Below are positions 15,070-28,944 of a DNA stretch of 64,000 bases, piece by piece. Each line of letters starts with the position of its first letter. Position 1 is the stretch's first letter. The translations under genes and the position numbers were made by a program. The notes under the pieces were generated by a model that was not told where the DNA came from, searched no databases, and saw nothing but the letters and a program-made list of their open reading frames with translations. This DNA is from Chrysomallon squamiferum. Taxonomy: Eukaryota; Animalia; Mollusca. The stretch lies in contig CM022678.1 in the NCBI GenBank assembly GCA_012295275.1, positions 14,942,001 to 15,006,000 of the forward strand, read 5' to 3'.

Positions 15070-18000
15070 TGTCTGACCAACAATAAATATGGGTATGCCT
15101 AGTGTTTTACCACAACATCAAACGTAGTTGATGTCTGACAACAATAAATATGGGTACACCTAGTGTTTTACCACTACAACAACAGACATGTAGTTGATGT
15201 GTGACAACAATAAATATGGGTATCCTTAGTGTTTTACCACTACAACAACAGCAGACAGGTTGTTTATGTGTGAGAACAATAAATGTGGATATGCCTAGTG
15301 TTTTAAGACTACAACGACACCAGACATGTAGTCAATATATATGCATATCCCTAGTGTTTTACCACTACAATAACATGTAGTCGTTGTCTGACAATAATAA
15401 ATATGGGTACGCCTAGTGCTTTACCACTTGCAAAACAGCAGACATATAATAGATGTCTGACAACAGTAAATATGTCTATCTTTAGTGTTTTACCACTACA
15501 ACAACAGCATACATATAACATATGTCTGACAACAGTAAATATGGGTATCTTTAGTGTTTTATCACTACAACAACAGCATACATATAATAGATGTCTGACA
15601 ACAGTAAATATGTCTATCTTTAGTGTTTTATCACTACAACAACAGCATACATATAATAGATGTCTGACAACAGTAAATATGTCTATCTTTAGTGTTTTAT
15701 CACTACAACAACAGCATACATATAACATGTCTGACAACAGTAAATATGTCTATCTTTAGTGTTTTATCACTACAACAACAGCATACATATAACATATGTC
15801 TGACAACAGTAAATATGGGTATCTTTAGTGTTTTACCACAACAACAGCAGACATGTAGTCAATGTCTGACAATAATAAATATGATATGGCTAGTGTTTTA
15901 CCACAACAAATATGGGTATCCCTGGTGTTTTACCACTATAACAACAGCAGATATGTAGTCAATGTGTGACAACAATAAATATGGACCCTAGTATTTCCAC
16001 TACAACAGCAGACATGTAGTCAATGTCTCACAACAATAAATATGGATCCCTAGTGTTTTACCACTACAAGAACAACAAACATGTAGTCGATGTCTGACAA
16101 TAATGAATATGATATCCCTAGTGTTTTACCCCAACAACAGACATGTAGGCTATGTCTGATAACAATAAATATGGGTATCCCTGGTATTTCCACTACAACA
16201 ACAGCAGACATGTAGTCAATGTCTGACAATAATAAATATGATATGGCTAGTGTTTTACCACCACAGACATGTAGTCTATGTCTGACAATCAAAAATAAGG
16301 GTATCCCTAGTGTTTTACCACTACAACAGCAGACATGTAGTGCATATCTAACAAAAATAAATATGTGCATCCCTAATGGTTTACCACTACAAGAACAACA
16401 AACGTAGTCGATGTCTGACAATAGTGTTTTACCCCAACAACAGACATGTAGGCTATGTCTGACAACAATAAATATGGGTATCCCTGGTATTTCCACTACA
16501 ACAACAGCAGACATGTAGTCAATGTGTGACAACAACAAATATGGGTATCCCTGGTGTTTTACCACTATAACAACAGCAGATATGTAGTCAATGTGTAACA
16601 ACAATAAATATGGACCCTAGTATTTCCACTACAACAGCAGACATGTAGTCAATGTCTGAAACAATAAATATGGGTATCCCTAGTGTTTTACCACTACAAC
16701 AACAGCAGACATGTAGTTGATGTGTGACAACAATAAATATGGGTATCCCTGGTATTTCCACTACAACAACAGCAGACATGTAGTCGATGTCTGACAATAC
16801 ATGTGGGTATCCCTTGTACTTTACCACTACAACAACAGCAGACAGGTTGTTTATGTGTGAGAACAATAAATGTGGATATGCCTAGTGTTTTAAGACTACA
16901 ACGACAGCAGATATGTAGTCGATGTCTGAGAACAATATATATGCATATGACTAGTGTTTTACCACTACAATAACAACAGACATGTAGTCTATATCTGTCA
17001 ACAATAAATGTGTGTATCCCTAGTGCTTTACCACTACAACAACAGCTTACATGCATTTGATGTCTGCCAACAATAAATATGCGTATCCCTAGTGTTTTAC
17101 CACTACAACAACGACAGACCTGTAGTTGATGTCTGACAACAATATGGGTATCCCTAATGTTTACCACTACAACAACAAACATGTAGTTGATGTCTGCCAA
17201 CAATATGGGTATTCCTAGTGTTTTACCACTACAACAGCAGACATGTAGTCGATGTCTGACAACAATAAATATGAGTATACCTACTGTTTCACCACCACAA
17301 CAACAGCAGACATATAGTCAATGTCTGAGAACAATAAATACGGGTATGGCCAGTGTTTTACCACTACAACAACAGCAGACATGTAGTTGATGTCTGACAA
17401 CAATAAATATGGGTATCCCTACTGTTTTTCCACTACAACAACAGCAGACAGGTTGTGTATGTCTGACAAGAAGAAACATGGGAATGGCTAGTGTTAACCT
17501 CTACAAAACGGCATACATATAATAGATGTCTGACAACATGACTAAATATGGGTATCTTTAGTGTTTTACCACAACAGCAGACAAGTATTCTCTGTCTGAC
17601 GTCGATAAATTCGGGCATCCCTACTGTTTTACCACTACCACAACAGCAGACATGCAGTCGATGTCTGATAACAATAAATATGGGTATTGCTAGTGTTTTA
17701 CCACTACAACAACATACCTGTAGTGTATGTCTGGCAACAATAAGTATGGACATCTTTAGTGTTTTACTACAACAGCAGACATGTAGCGTATGTCTCACAA
17801 CAATAAATATGGATCCCTAGTGTTTTACCACTACAACAACAGCAGACATGTAGCGCATGTCTGGCAACAATAAATATGGGTATCCCTAGTGTTTTACCAC
17901 TACAACAAAAGTAGACACACTCTATGTCTGACAATAAAAAATATGGAAACAGCTTACATGCAGTCTGTCTGGCAATAAATATGTGATCCCTAGTGTTTTA

Positions 18001-18350
18001 CCACTACGAAAACAGCTTACATGCAGTCTGTCTGGCAATAAATATGTGCATCCCTAGTGTTTTACCACTACGAAAACAGCTTACATGCAGTCTGTCTGGC
18101 AATAAATATGTGCATCCCTAGTGTTTTACCACTACGAAAACAGCTTACATGCAGTCTGTCTGGCAATAAATATGTGCATCCCTAGTGTTTTACCACTACA
18201 ACAGCTTACATGTAGTCGATGTCTGACAACAAGATGGGTATCCCTAATGTTTTACCACTACAACAACAGACATGTAGTCTATGTCTGACAACAATAAATA
18301 TGAGTATACCTACTGTTTTACCACTACAACAGCAGACAATAAATATGGAT
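15070..18350. repeat. Degenerate ~69-bp tandem array (ctagtgttttaccactacaacaacagcagacatgtagtcgatgtctgacaacaataaatatgggtatcc) with local 69-bp and ~55-bp homogenised sub-arrays
   Basis: Unit recurs dozens of times. Homogeneous sub-arrays lie at ~15480-15820 and ~17950-18200. Confidence 0.95.
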
Positions 18351-21300
18351 ATCACAGAGATTGTAAAGGCTATTGGAAGGTCAGAAAACTTGAGAAAAAC
18401 CTAATGAAGCTGTAATAGTCTTCTGAAACAGTCTCCTCTTTGCTTTGTGAAGTTGCACATTGAATCAGGTTCTCTAAAGACCACTTTTCAAGTCACTTCT
18501 TATATTAAGTTTTGCTCCATTTATATTCAAATAACCATATACTGTAATAAACTTTTGTAAGTACTATTACAATATAATTAATAATCAGTCCATTTTCATT
18601 TTTTTTTCTATATTTTCTTCTTTCTTTCTCACTGTAAAGTGCTTTGAACCTGCACTGTGGAGAAAATGGCACAACTGTTGCCAATGCTGAACAAAACTGC
18701 GAAGTCAAGTTTACAATTTAATTTTTGACCATGTGAATCAAAGAGGAATTTGACATAGGCCAAAATGACAGAGCGAGGTAAGCTTGACACTTTAAATTGG
18801 TTATTAGACAGTTTGACACCATACAACATTTAATGAAATAGAAAAAATTACAGTGGCTGATCCAGGGGAGGTGAATTTACTTCTTTATTTTTCCAACTGA
18901 AATTAGTTGTATTTTAATTAGAATTGCTGGAAACCTGTTTAGATGTTCAAGAAGATGAAACTGTCCTGATGTATGAGCTTAAATACAAAAGCAGTTTATT
19001 CTGAAGAACAGTAAGCACAAAGCAGGTTTTGACAGTTTTGTGGCTTTGCACCACACTACAAGCTGTCTGAGTCCTTACTACTTGACTAATTAATGAAACA
19101 CCTGCTCTTTTTTTCTTCTTTTATTACTTTTGTCAGATAAATCAGGTTAACAATTGTTGACTTTGCTACCAATTGTTGCATACACATCACCCAAAGTGTT
19201 TGTGACAATCTAACTGATCTAACATTATCAGCATTCATTAGAAAGAGAAAAGTTTTCAATTTTTGGCTGTAAATCACAACTTGGCAAAATATGTGCATCT
19301 TTGGGAAACATCTAGACTCCCAATCCAGCCACCACCGACACTTGTTTTATTTCAGGATCTGCCACTGAATTGGTTATTCCTATCTTTGACTATGACCAAT
19401 GTTTTGCAATAATTAAACTGGTTATTCCTGATGTTTGGTGCTAGAAATTCTAAAACCTGGTATATCAGATATTTTATTACTTTAATCAATGGGATATTAT
19501 AATCTTTATGATTAAAAAATATTCTACAAATCTGCTCTACAAATACGAAGATACCAGCATTAATCTACAAATCTGACATAAAAGCAGAAGACATCTTGAA
19601 TCATGCCATACAAACATGAAGATAAAATGTGCGGCACAAAAAAAAAAAAATGCATTTATTCTACAAATCTGCCAAGTAAATATGATGCCAAACATTATAA
19701 AAAGAAAGCTAAACAGTTTACAGCAGGTAAATTTGGATTATTAGTTAGGGATCTTAATCAAGCTAGTTCAACTATGTTCTGGGAAAACAACAGGGGCCCT
19801 TTACTGAAATCCCAGGAGACAGAATTAAAATAGAAAAGTAAATATCTGATGAAAAATTAAATTAATAAATAAAATAATGTTTAGAGAAAAATAAATAAAA
19901 TAAAATAAAATAAAACATTTAAAATATTTAAAATATAAAATAAAAAATCATCAGTATTCACAGAGAAATTAGAAAGAGGAAATGAGAGAAACTAGACTGA
20001 TCACATGTCACTCCTGTGTGATGCATGTAAAATATCCTTTGCTGTTAACTGGTAAAAATAAAACTACCAAACAGCTTCATCGTCAAACAAGAAAACATTA
20101 ATTTCATTCAAAGTTGCTTTTTTCAAGACTTCTATATAATTCTGAAAATCTCCATATTATTATTATCTCTGAGCTAATGGTGAAATGTTTTATTTCTTTA
20201 AATATCTCATTTATTTTATTTTATTAATATTATTTTTTAATTTAAATACATTTAAATGTTGTTTGTATGGCAGATTGATGTGAACAAAATCCCACAGACA
20301 ATATGAAATGTCTGGATGATGATCCAACATGGTTCAAATGAATAAAATAAATATTTTGAAACTGGACATAAATTGTTTTATCTTTGTTTATAATATATCT
20401 GTTTGAGACACACATGAGAAATGGGCTGTTAATGAATATAAACTTTTATAAAATTCTGAAACTGTTTGTCCCATCTGTGTCTACTACCAAGTATAAATCA
20501 CGTGAAAAGTTCATTTTTATAATTATATAAAATCAACTTAACATCCCTTAAACAGGCTTTCATCATCTAATAGCAAACAGTTAACTAATAATAAACACAA
20601 CCTGTTGTAATTCAGTGTATAATACAGGTTAAAACTCTGACCATTTATCAGCAAATACAATAACTGAAAAATCTCAGGATCTTTACAATAAAAACATTCC
20701 TAAAGATTTAGGTCAGTTATATGCAAGACCCACAAAAATATTAAATGTAACAGAGGTGTCTAAGCCAAATGTCAAATAACTGACCAGCCACTGGCAATCA
20801 TCCAGGGCAAGGAACCCTTAAATCAGTCTGCATTCTGACACAATGACTTGTCAGACTGACTGTTCCAGATGAAAAACAGTGTAAACATACACAAACAGTC
20901 AGGTGATAAAAAGTTAAAATTAAAAGAGAACTTTTTTCATTTTAAATTTTAAAAAATTAAAATAATATCTATTCATGTTTTTGGAAATAAATTTAAAATA
21001 AAGTATCTTTATTTCTGAATCAAAGTTTATAATTTAAAAAGGAGTTAAATCTTGTAACTGAAAAGGTATTTTTGTACTAATGTTTTCCATATGGAACAGC
21101 ACAAATTTTAATCATTTTTTTATTCATATTTTTAATTTTAATTTAAACATGTAATTTAAAATATTATCATATTAAAATGTTATAAGATTTGTTATTAAAA
21201 CAACATTTATAACAAGTATGTGAACTTTTAATACAATAATTAGCAAACGTGTAAGACGTTATGAAGTCCATTATTTTAAAACTATTTTAATTTATATTAA

Positions 21301-21854
21301 TTCTGTGTTTGTGTTTCTGTAAATTGGTAGATGTTATTATTAATATACCACATATTTGTTATATATATATATACACTGCAGTCCAATAAAAATAAATAAA
21401 TAAAATATTATCCAGTTAAAAAGATCTGTACTTTTTAAACAGTATTTTTCAAGTATGGTAATTAAATTAAGATAAAAGCAGATTATGTTAAAAACTATAT
21501 TTAATATTCTTAATTTTTAAAACTGTTTTAATAAATGAATTTTTCTCTTTAAAGACTTTTTCTTAGTATTCTTTTACTATTCACATGTATGTGCATGTGT
21601 ATGCTTGTTTGATATTAATAGTTGTAAATGACCTGCTAGGACATTTTACTGTAATAAGAACAGCAAAAACCATGCCTTTGATTAATATGAACTGAACAGT
21701 TGTACCTCAGTAAAAGAAAAAGTTTTTTTTTTTAAAAACCATTAACTTTTTAATAGAGAACTTGCTCCAATTTTGCAAATTAACTTTTAGTAACTTGTCA
21801 ACTGTACATTAACTGACAGTCTTCCATTAGATCAATAATTACTATTAGACTATA

Positions 21855-22583
21855 GGGTCATTCCATGTCAAATCACCCAATGGGTTAAACCTGACCATCT
21901 CAGATTTTTATCAAACTTGATTATCTAAAACCTGAATGATCAAGATGGTGAGACGGTTAAGCATCAGAAACACCTAGTTCTCTCAAATTTATGTGAACTT
22001 TATGCATACATGTAGGCCTACAATGTCTTACTTAATGATCAAGAAAGATGGTGATTCCTAGCATCCAGAATTGATCATTCAGGTTTTAGTTAATCAGATG
22101 TTAATGGCTGAAAAGTTGTTATTTTCATGTATATGCATTTTTAAAATCTATATTGTGGCTAAACAAAAAATATTACACCCAGGAAACTTTTATATGTTTT
22201 CGTTAACATGTGGGAGATTAAATTTCAATAAATGTCATCTCAAGGTCACGTGATCCACATGGTCAAATTCAAGGTTATAGCAAAGGTCAAAAGGTAAATG
22301 TACCCCAATATTTTCCAAACTGGAAAAAATGGCAGATTTGGAATCCTTGTCATATTGCCTTTTCAACAATACCAATTTTATGAAGATTGGCGGTCAAGCC
22401 CATTTTTGTTAAAAATCTCAAAATTCGGTGGGCCATATCTCCCACACCACTGGTCCGATTGGGCTAAAATTTCAGATTTGGTGCTGTGGGATCCCAGTCA
22501 TTAAGTATACCAAGTTTTATAAAAATCTGAGACAGTCGGGTTTAAATTTCTTTTTTTGGGGGTGATTTGACATGGAAGGACCC
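21855..22583. mobile_element. Non-autonomous Sola2-like DNA transposon derivative
   Basis: Termini GGGTCATTCCATGTCAAATCACCC...GGGTGATTTGACATGGAAGGACCC with a 4-bp target-site duplication TATA (21851-21854 and 22584-22587). Interior is shared with the element at 23685-26158. Confidence 0.85.
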
Positions 22584-23684
22584 TATAGTAAAATTAAACA
22601 AAATGAAAACCTACTTGAAAAAATATTCTTGTGACTGGTGGATTGGTGAAAAAATGTAACTTTATGTATGATAAACTGAATGCATCATGTCAAAAAATAA
22701 ATAAATAAAAAGGACAAAATAGGACAAATATTTTTAGGATTTCCAGAGATTAAAAAATACAAACAGAATTAAAAACATAACTCCACATATTCATCTAAGA
22801 CAATTCAAGTGGGATTCTAAGGTCTCAAAGGAATAGAAAACAAGAAGTAAAGCTGCTACATCATAACTAATGTAACAGTACCAATATTATAAAATTACTG
22901 TTCTCACAAAAAATATATTTGTTCACTTACAGAGACCACACAGAAATGAAGCAATGAATCTCAAGTCACAAGTTTTGATAATGTCCTTTTTCTTCCACAT
23001 TTCATTTCTTGCCTAAATGCATTACTTTTTGTTGACGGCTTTCAAATGATTGTCTTCAATCCATAAAATAACTAGCAAAAGAAAAATATTCTTTTTGTAA
23101 GTTTAACTGATTATTAAGAAATTACAACATATAATTCTAAAATTAAAATATAAATAAATTAAAAGCATTTTCTCCATCTTTAAAATATATTATAAAAATA
23201 TTAATTGCATGGTACAAATGGTTTTTAAATATTACTGACTTCATTCAATTACCCAGTAATTATTCATTTTATTTTATTTTATTTAATAATATACTTCATC
23301 TTGAAAAAAATAGGTTGAATTTTAATGTATTAAAAAATAGAAATCATATGTTGTTACATGACTTACTCATCACAGAGCTTGTGCAGTATTAAATGTGCAT
23401 TTCCAGAAGATTTCATCAACCATTTCTTCATTTTGCAGCTCTGAAATAAGACTAAAAACACAAAATCAATTAGTTATAAAATGTCCATTTGAAGTAAATA
23501 AATGCAGCTTGAAATGTTTTCAGCTATACATGTAAAGTTTAAACCAGAGTTATACTACTAAGTCCAAAACTAGATTATAATTACAAGAATCTTTAGGATG
23601 ATGAACTGATATTTTAGGATACAATATCATTCACTAGTCAATTTTTCTAAACTCAGTAATAACTAAAATTCTGAAAAACTGAAG

Positions 23685-26158
23685 GGGTCATTCCGTGTCA
23701 AATCACCCAATGGTTTAAACCTGACCGTCTCAGATTTTTATGTAAACTTGGTATACTTGTTGACTGGGGTCCCACAGCACCAAATCTGAAATTTTAGCTC
23801 AATCAGACAAGTGGTGTTGGAGATACGGCCCATCGAATTTTGAGATTTTTGCCAAAAATGGGTGTGACCACCAACCTTAGAACCCTCATATCTCAGGAAC
23901 TACTGGGCCAATCTTCATAAACTTGTTATTGTTAGAAAGGCAAAATGACAAGGATACCAAATCTGCCATTTTTGCTTAGTTTGGAAAATATTGGAGTACC
24001 TTGACCTTTTGACCTTTGCTATGACCTTGAAATTGACCGTGTGGATCACGTGATCTTGAGGTGACCTTTATTGAAATTTAATCTCCCACATGTTAACTAA
24101 AACATATAAAAGTTTCCTGGGTGTAATATTTTTTGTTTAGCCACAATATAGATTTAAAAAATGCACATACATGAAAATAACACCTTTTCAGCCATTAACA
24201 TCTGATTAACTAAAACCTGAATGATCAATTCTGGATGCTAGGAATCACCATCTCTCTTGACCATCGAGTAAGACATTGTAGACATGTATGCATAAAGTTC
24301 ACATATAAAAGTTTCCTGGGTATAATATTTTTTGTTTAGCCATAACAGAGATTTAAAAAAATGCATACCTGCATGGATGATTGATACAATGCATTACAAT
24401 GTACATTTTCTCTGAGACTAAAAACTCATCTTTGGAGTTAAAACCCACCTGACATGTCTGAAGGAATGCCTGAAGGATATGAAAAGATGCCAAATGGCAT
24501 GACATGTTCTACACAATCAGGCTCAAAGGGTTAACAGGAAGTGATGCTTCAGGCAGGTCAGGAACTCCTTTAGATTCCCTGGTGCAATCCCCATTGAGCA
24601 CATGGCAATTAGAAGTTTAAGACAAAGAAGTTTCTTCATCTGCATTTCTTTGACAATCTGAAGCTTTTTAAGTTGGACACAATGTCAGATGTTGCTATAT
24701 AAACAATATTTTTAATTCATAAAACCTATTAAGTAATTTTATCATGTCATGTGGGCCTTGCCATTGGTTTTGAACAAGGTTTCAGTCAACAACAGTACAA
24801 CCCAGTCTGAAATCAGACGTCATCAAGTGATCAACACCATCATATCAAAAAGGAGTTGTTGCGAAGTGTATGGAAAATTGAGGAAGTCGAACTCCTCACT
24901 CTTTGAAGTGGGATCAAAACACGTGACATCAAGAGTATCATGAACAAGAACTTTTCATCAAATTTTCAACATTGCAGAAAAACTGTTGTGAACCCCTTAA
25001 TCGCCACCCTGAGCAAGCATGCACTAGATCTTTAAGAATTGTTAGCATGGGCACTTACAAATGCTTAGTAAATCCTCCAAAGACACTAGTGCCAGGAGAC
25101 AAGTTGTGCTGTGACTGTCTGATTACCCTTCAGAAATCAAAGGTCCTGCAGAGGATGGCTTTAGTATGGGTGGTATTACAATGGGAGAATTTGGTGATAA
25201 CTTGCCAGGCAAACCGCTGGTTGTTGTTTCCCCAGAAAAGGACTTTGATTTGAATTCTATTCTGTAGAGTTTAGGCGAAACATTCACTAGCACATTCCAG
25301 TAAATGAATGAAAGGACAGAAAAAAACTAGCATCAGCTACAGTAACATTAAAATGACATCTTAATGTCTGAATCCTACCCAGAGCGTGTGCAAATCTTGA
25401 TTTTGTCACCCTTTACCACTGAAAGGACAATGAATTGAAGGAGGAAATAATCCAATTTTATGAAAGTGATGAGAACAGTAGAATGTGTCTGGGAATGAAG
25501 GATACAGTGAGCATTTGAAACAAACATAGTGAGAAGGTTAAGCATCAGAAACACCTAGTTCTCTCAAATTTATGTGAACTTTATGCATACATGTAGGCTT
25601 ACAATGTCTTACTCAATGATCAAGAAAGATGGTGATCCCTAGCATCCAGAATTGATCATTCAGGTTTTAGTTAATCAGATGTTAATGGCTGAAAAGGTGT
25701 TATTTTCAGTAGTTGGGAATGAAGGATACAGTGAGCATTTGAAACAAACATAGTGAGAAGGTTAAGCATCAGAAACACCTAGTTCTCTCAAATTTATGTG
25801 AACTTTATGCATACATGTAGGCTTACAATGTCTTACTCAATGATCAAGAAAGATGGTGATCCCTAGCATCCAGAATTGATCATTCAGGTTTTAGTTAATC
25901 AGATGTTAATGGCTGAAAAGGTGTTATTTTCAGTAGTTCCTGAGATATGAGGGTTCTAAGGTTGGTGGTCACACCCATTTTGGCAAAAATCTCAAAATTC
26001 GGTGGGCCATATCTCCCACACCACTGGTCTGATTCGGCTAACATTTCAGATTTGGTGCTGTGGGATCCCAGTCAACAAGTATACCAAGTTTTATAAAAAT
26101 CTGAGATGGTCGGGTTTAAATTTCTTCTTTTTTTGGGTGATTTGACACAGAATGACCC
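23685..26158 (+). mobile_element. Internally deleted Sola2-like DNA transposon with long terminal inverted repeats
   Basis: Termini GGGTCATTCCGTGTCAAATCACCC...GGGTGATTTGACACAGAATGACCC with a 4-bp TSD GAAG (23681-23684 and 26159-26162). It has an internal ~220-bp tandem duplication (~25490-25710 and ~25715-25935). A 5'-GRG terminus plus a variable 4-bp TSD fits Sola2. Confidence 0.85.
24972..25596 (+). pseudogene. Decayed N-terminal transposase fragment (Sola2-like)
   Basis: A Cys/His motif CCEPLNRH...PGDKLCCDC is followed in another frame by EEIIQFYESDENSRMCLGMKDTVSI*NKHSEKVKHQKHLVLSNLCELY, which resembles the FY-D--SR--PG-KD / QKR----L-ELY segment I recall from this transposase group. Stops and frameshifts are present. 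Confidence 0.7.
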
Positions 26159-27880
26159 GAAGATAAAATATCAAAATATGAAATGGCCAATTTCTTGAAA
26201 TGTTGACAATACTTCCAAATTAAAAACTGCTGTTCATCATGTAATACTGAAAAAAAAAAGTAATGATGTTAATACTGGAAAGGGAAAAGATCTAAAATAA
26301 TAATATAAAATGCCAAACAATTTTTCTGAATTATAAAGAATTAAATATATTTTTTAGGAATTCCTATTCACACAAAATAAAAAGTATGATTATTAGCAAT
26401 GTACAAAAATAAATGTAATTAATGGCAAAATGTACTTACCTACAGTTATGAATGTTTTCATATTTTTCAATGTATTTAAAAAAAAGTTATTAATAATTTA
26501 TCATATTTTTTGGTTAAAATTGACTACCTGGTAAAACTGTCTTATCAGTTCAATTGAACATGAACAATGACACAAGGTAGCAAGCAATTCACAGGCCATG
26601 CCAATGGCCAGGTCTCTATGGAGATTTAATTAAGCAGCTTTGCTAATTATATTTAAAGCTGTATCAAATAGTGGCCCAGTGTGTTAACCTTTTCTACAAT
26701 CTAATCAAAAGTTCAGAACAAAGATATCAATTCAGCTGTACCCTTGATTATCATAAAAAGTTATGCCGAAGTGAAAAAACAAAACAAAACAAAAATATTG
26801 ATTTGTATGTTTATTTTGTTTTGTTATTTATTTATTTATTTATTTATTGTGTTTGTTGGCGTAGGAGAGCCGCGCGCGCTGTTTTTTAAATATTGTTATT
26901 GTTATTATTATTTTTTTTTTTTTTTTTTTTTTTTAATTCCTCGTGTCACTTGATTGTTCAACAACGAACATGGGTCAATAAATTCCAAATTATTGCTATA
27001 GTTGAAAAACACATTTATTGCCTTGTTTACCAAATGCTATAAAATAATAATAATAATAATAAATAAAAATAAAAAATAAATAAAACTGTGTATTTACCCA
27101 TTTAATTTCATTCAGTTCTGAGCTGTCAAGACACACGCTATCTTTTCCAGTAATTTCCAATAATGTCTGCCATTTTTTTTTTTTAAATGCACTTGTCTGA
27201 TACTCTTCTATTATTATCATTAAAGTAATCCATTGCAGGCGCAGTAAAAACGGTCACCAGTTTGAAGTACTAACTTTATATATATATATATTTGTATTTT
27301 TAATTTAAAAAAAAACAAAAAAAACAACAAAGTTTAGCTTCCTAAATAAACTAAAAATAAATAAATACATTAATAAATAATAAATAAATAAATAAATAAA
27401 TAAAAAGAAACATTTTTTTTTTTTTTTTTTTTTTTATATGTGAATTGCCGTTCTTGGTAATACTTTACTAAAAACTCATCATGTTTTGCATTTACAGTAA
27501 ATAAACATAATATAAAATTTGTTGACAAAGTGCTACATTAAGGACAGGCTTTGTTATTGGTTAGTAATGATGATACAAACTGAATGGACTTGCTGGATTC
27601 ACATTTGTTCAGTTTCACAACTTCAACCTTAAGTGTTCCATATTTACAGAAAGGTTCTAGTAAAGGTGCAAGCACTGGTCTGTCACATTAACCTCCCTAA
27701 TGAAATTCTGTGTTGATTGCAGTCAGACAATGATCTGTTTGCTGCCACTGAATTGCCAATCAGATATTTTATATATATTTTCTAATTTTTTCTGGAATTA
27801 TACATATTGCCTTGTAGCACATACATATGAGTGTATAAATAAAAAGTGTTTATGTTGGGTACATGGTATGTATGTGAGTA

Positions 27881-27914
<34 letters not shown>

Positions 27915-28122
27915 AGGTGTTGCTGTGTGAGTGTGGTGTGTTTGTTTTTTTTGTTTTCAAGTATAACTGGTGTATGTGGTTTATATTGTGATTCTATATG
28001 TAATATATGTGCAGTCAGGCTGTTTTGTGTGTGTGATGAAGTGAATGTGGTCCAATTAATTTGTATTTTTTTTTTTTTTTTTTTTCGTAAACTTAATTCA
28101 ACTGAGTTAATAAATGAATGCT

Positions 28123-28520
28123 CAAGTTTCTAAAGGAAACTACTGTTTGGTGATCCTATCAAAAATTTAAATACTCTGTCTTTATTCAGTCATGAATAAT
28201 TGCTGTTAATAAAGGAAAGTAATTTTGTTTATTTGTAATTATACAAGTTTCTACAAGAATACAGTTTTAGCTGACAGATAAGTTGTTTCCTTTTAGTTAT
28301 ACATCTTAATTTAAATATTTATTGCATCATTACTTCTAGACAAACATTTTGTTTCTGTACCTGTTGCTGTAGACGTAAAGTTTCTAAAGAAAACTACTGT
28401 TTGGTGATCTTATGAAAAATTTAAATACCCTGTCTATATTCAGTCATATATAATTACTGTTAATGAAGGAAATTAATTTTGTTTGTCAATTTAAATTGTA
28501 TTCTTGTAGAAACTTGTATA
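28123..28520. repeat. Local ~110-bp direct duplication with an adjacent ~37-bp inverted segment
   Basis: 28123-28235 is similar to 28378-28485. tatacaagtttctacaagaataca in copy 1 appears as its reverse complement tgtattcttgtagaaacttgtata in copy 2. Confidence 0.85.
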
Positions 28521-28908
28521 GTTAGAAATTATAGCAGTAGTAATATGTAGTAGTAGTAAAAGTAGTAATAGTAAAGAAAATAATTATATAGAATTTCCAA
28601 TATTAATAAACAAATAAAAGTATTAATGAGTTCAAAACATTAAAATGGAATTTAAAATTTCATTAAAAGAAGTTGTACAGAAACAGACAAAAACAAATTT
28701 TTAAAAAATGAGAAAAGGGAATCAAGTGTTCCCTACTCTACCCTAGCTATCTTCTATTAATTCTTTCACTGTAACATTATTAATTTATTACTTAATTGAA
28801 CAAATTAATTAATTTTGCTATTATTATTTCTTCTTTTTTTTCTCTCTCTTTTTTTATGGAGGGGAATTGACCGTATTTGCAGAATTGAATTTATTCTGCA
28901 TTGTTAGC

Positions 28909-28944
<36 letters not shown>

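Noticed and set aside
13990-18350. CRISPR-like array or repetitive protein (HWPHVTCCYTGVIIFLIVVR; SVLPLQQQ repeats)
   Set aside because: Units are head-to-tail with no unique spacers, there are no cas genes, the context is eukaryotic, and frames are repeatedly broken by indels and stops.
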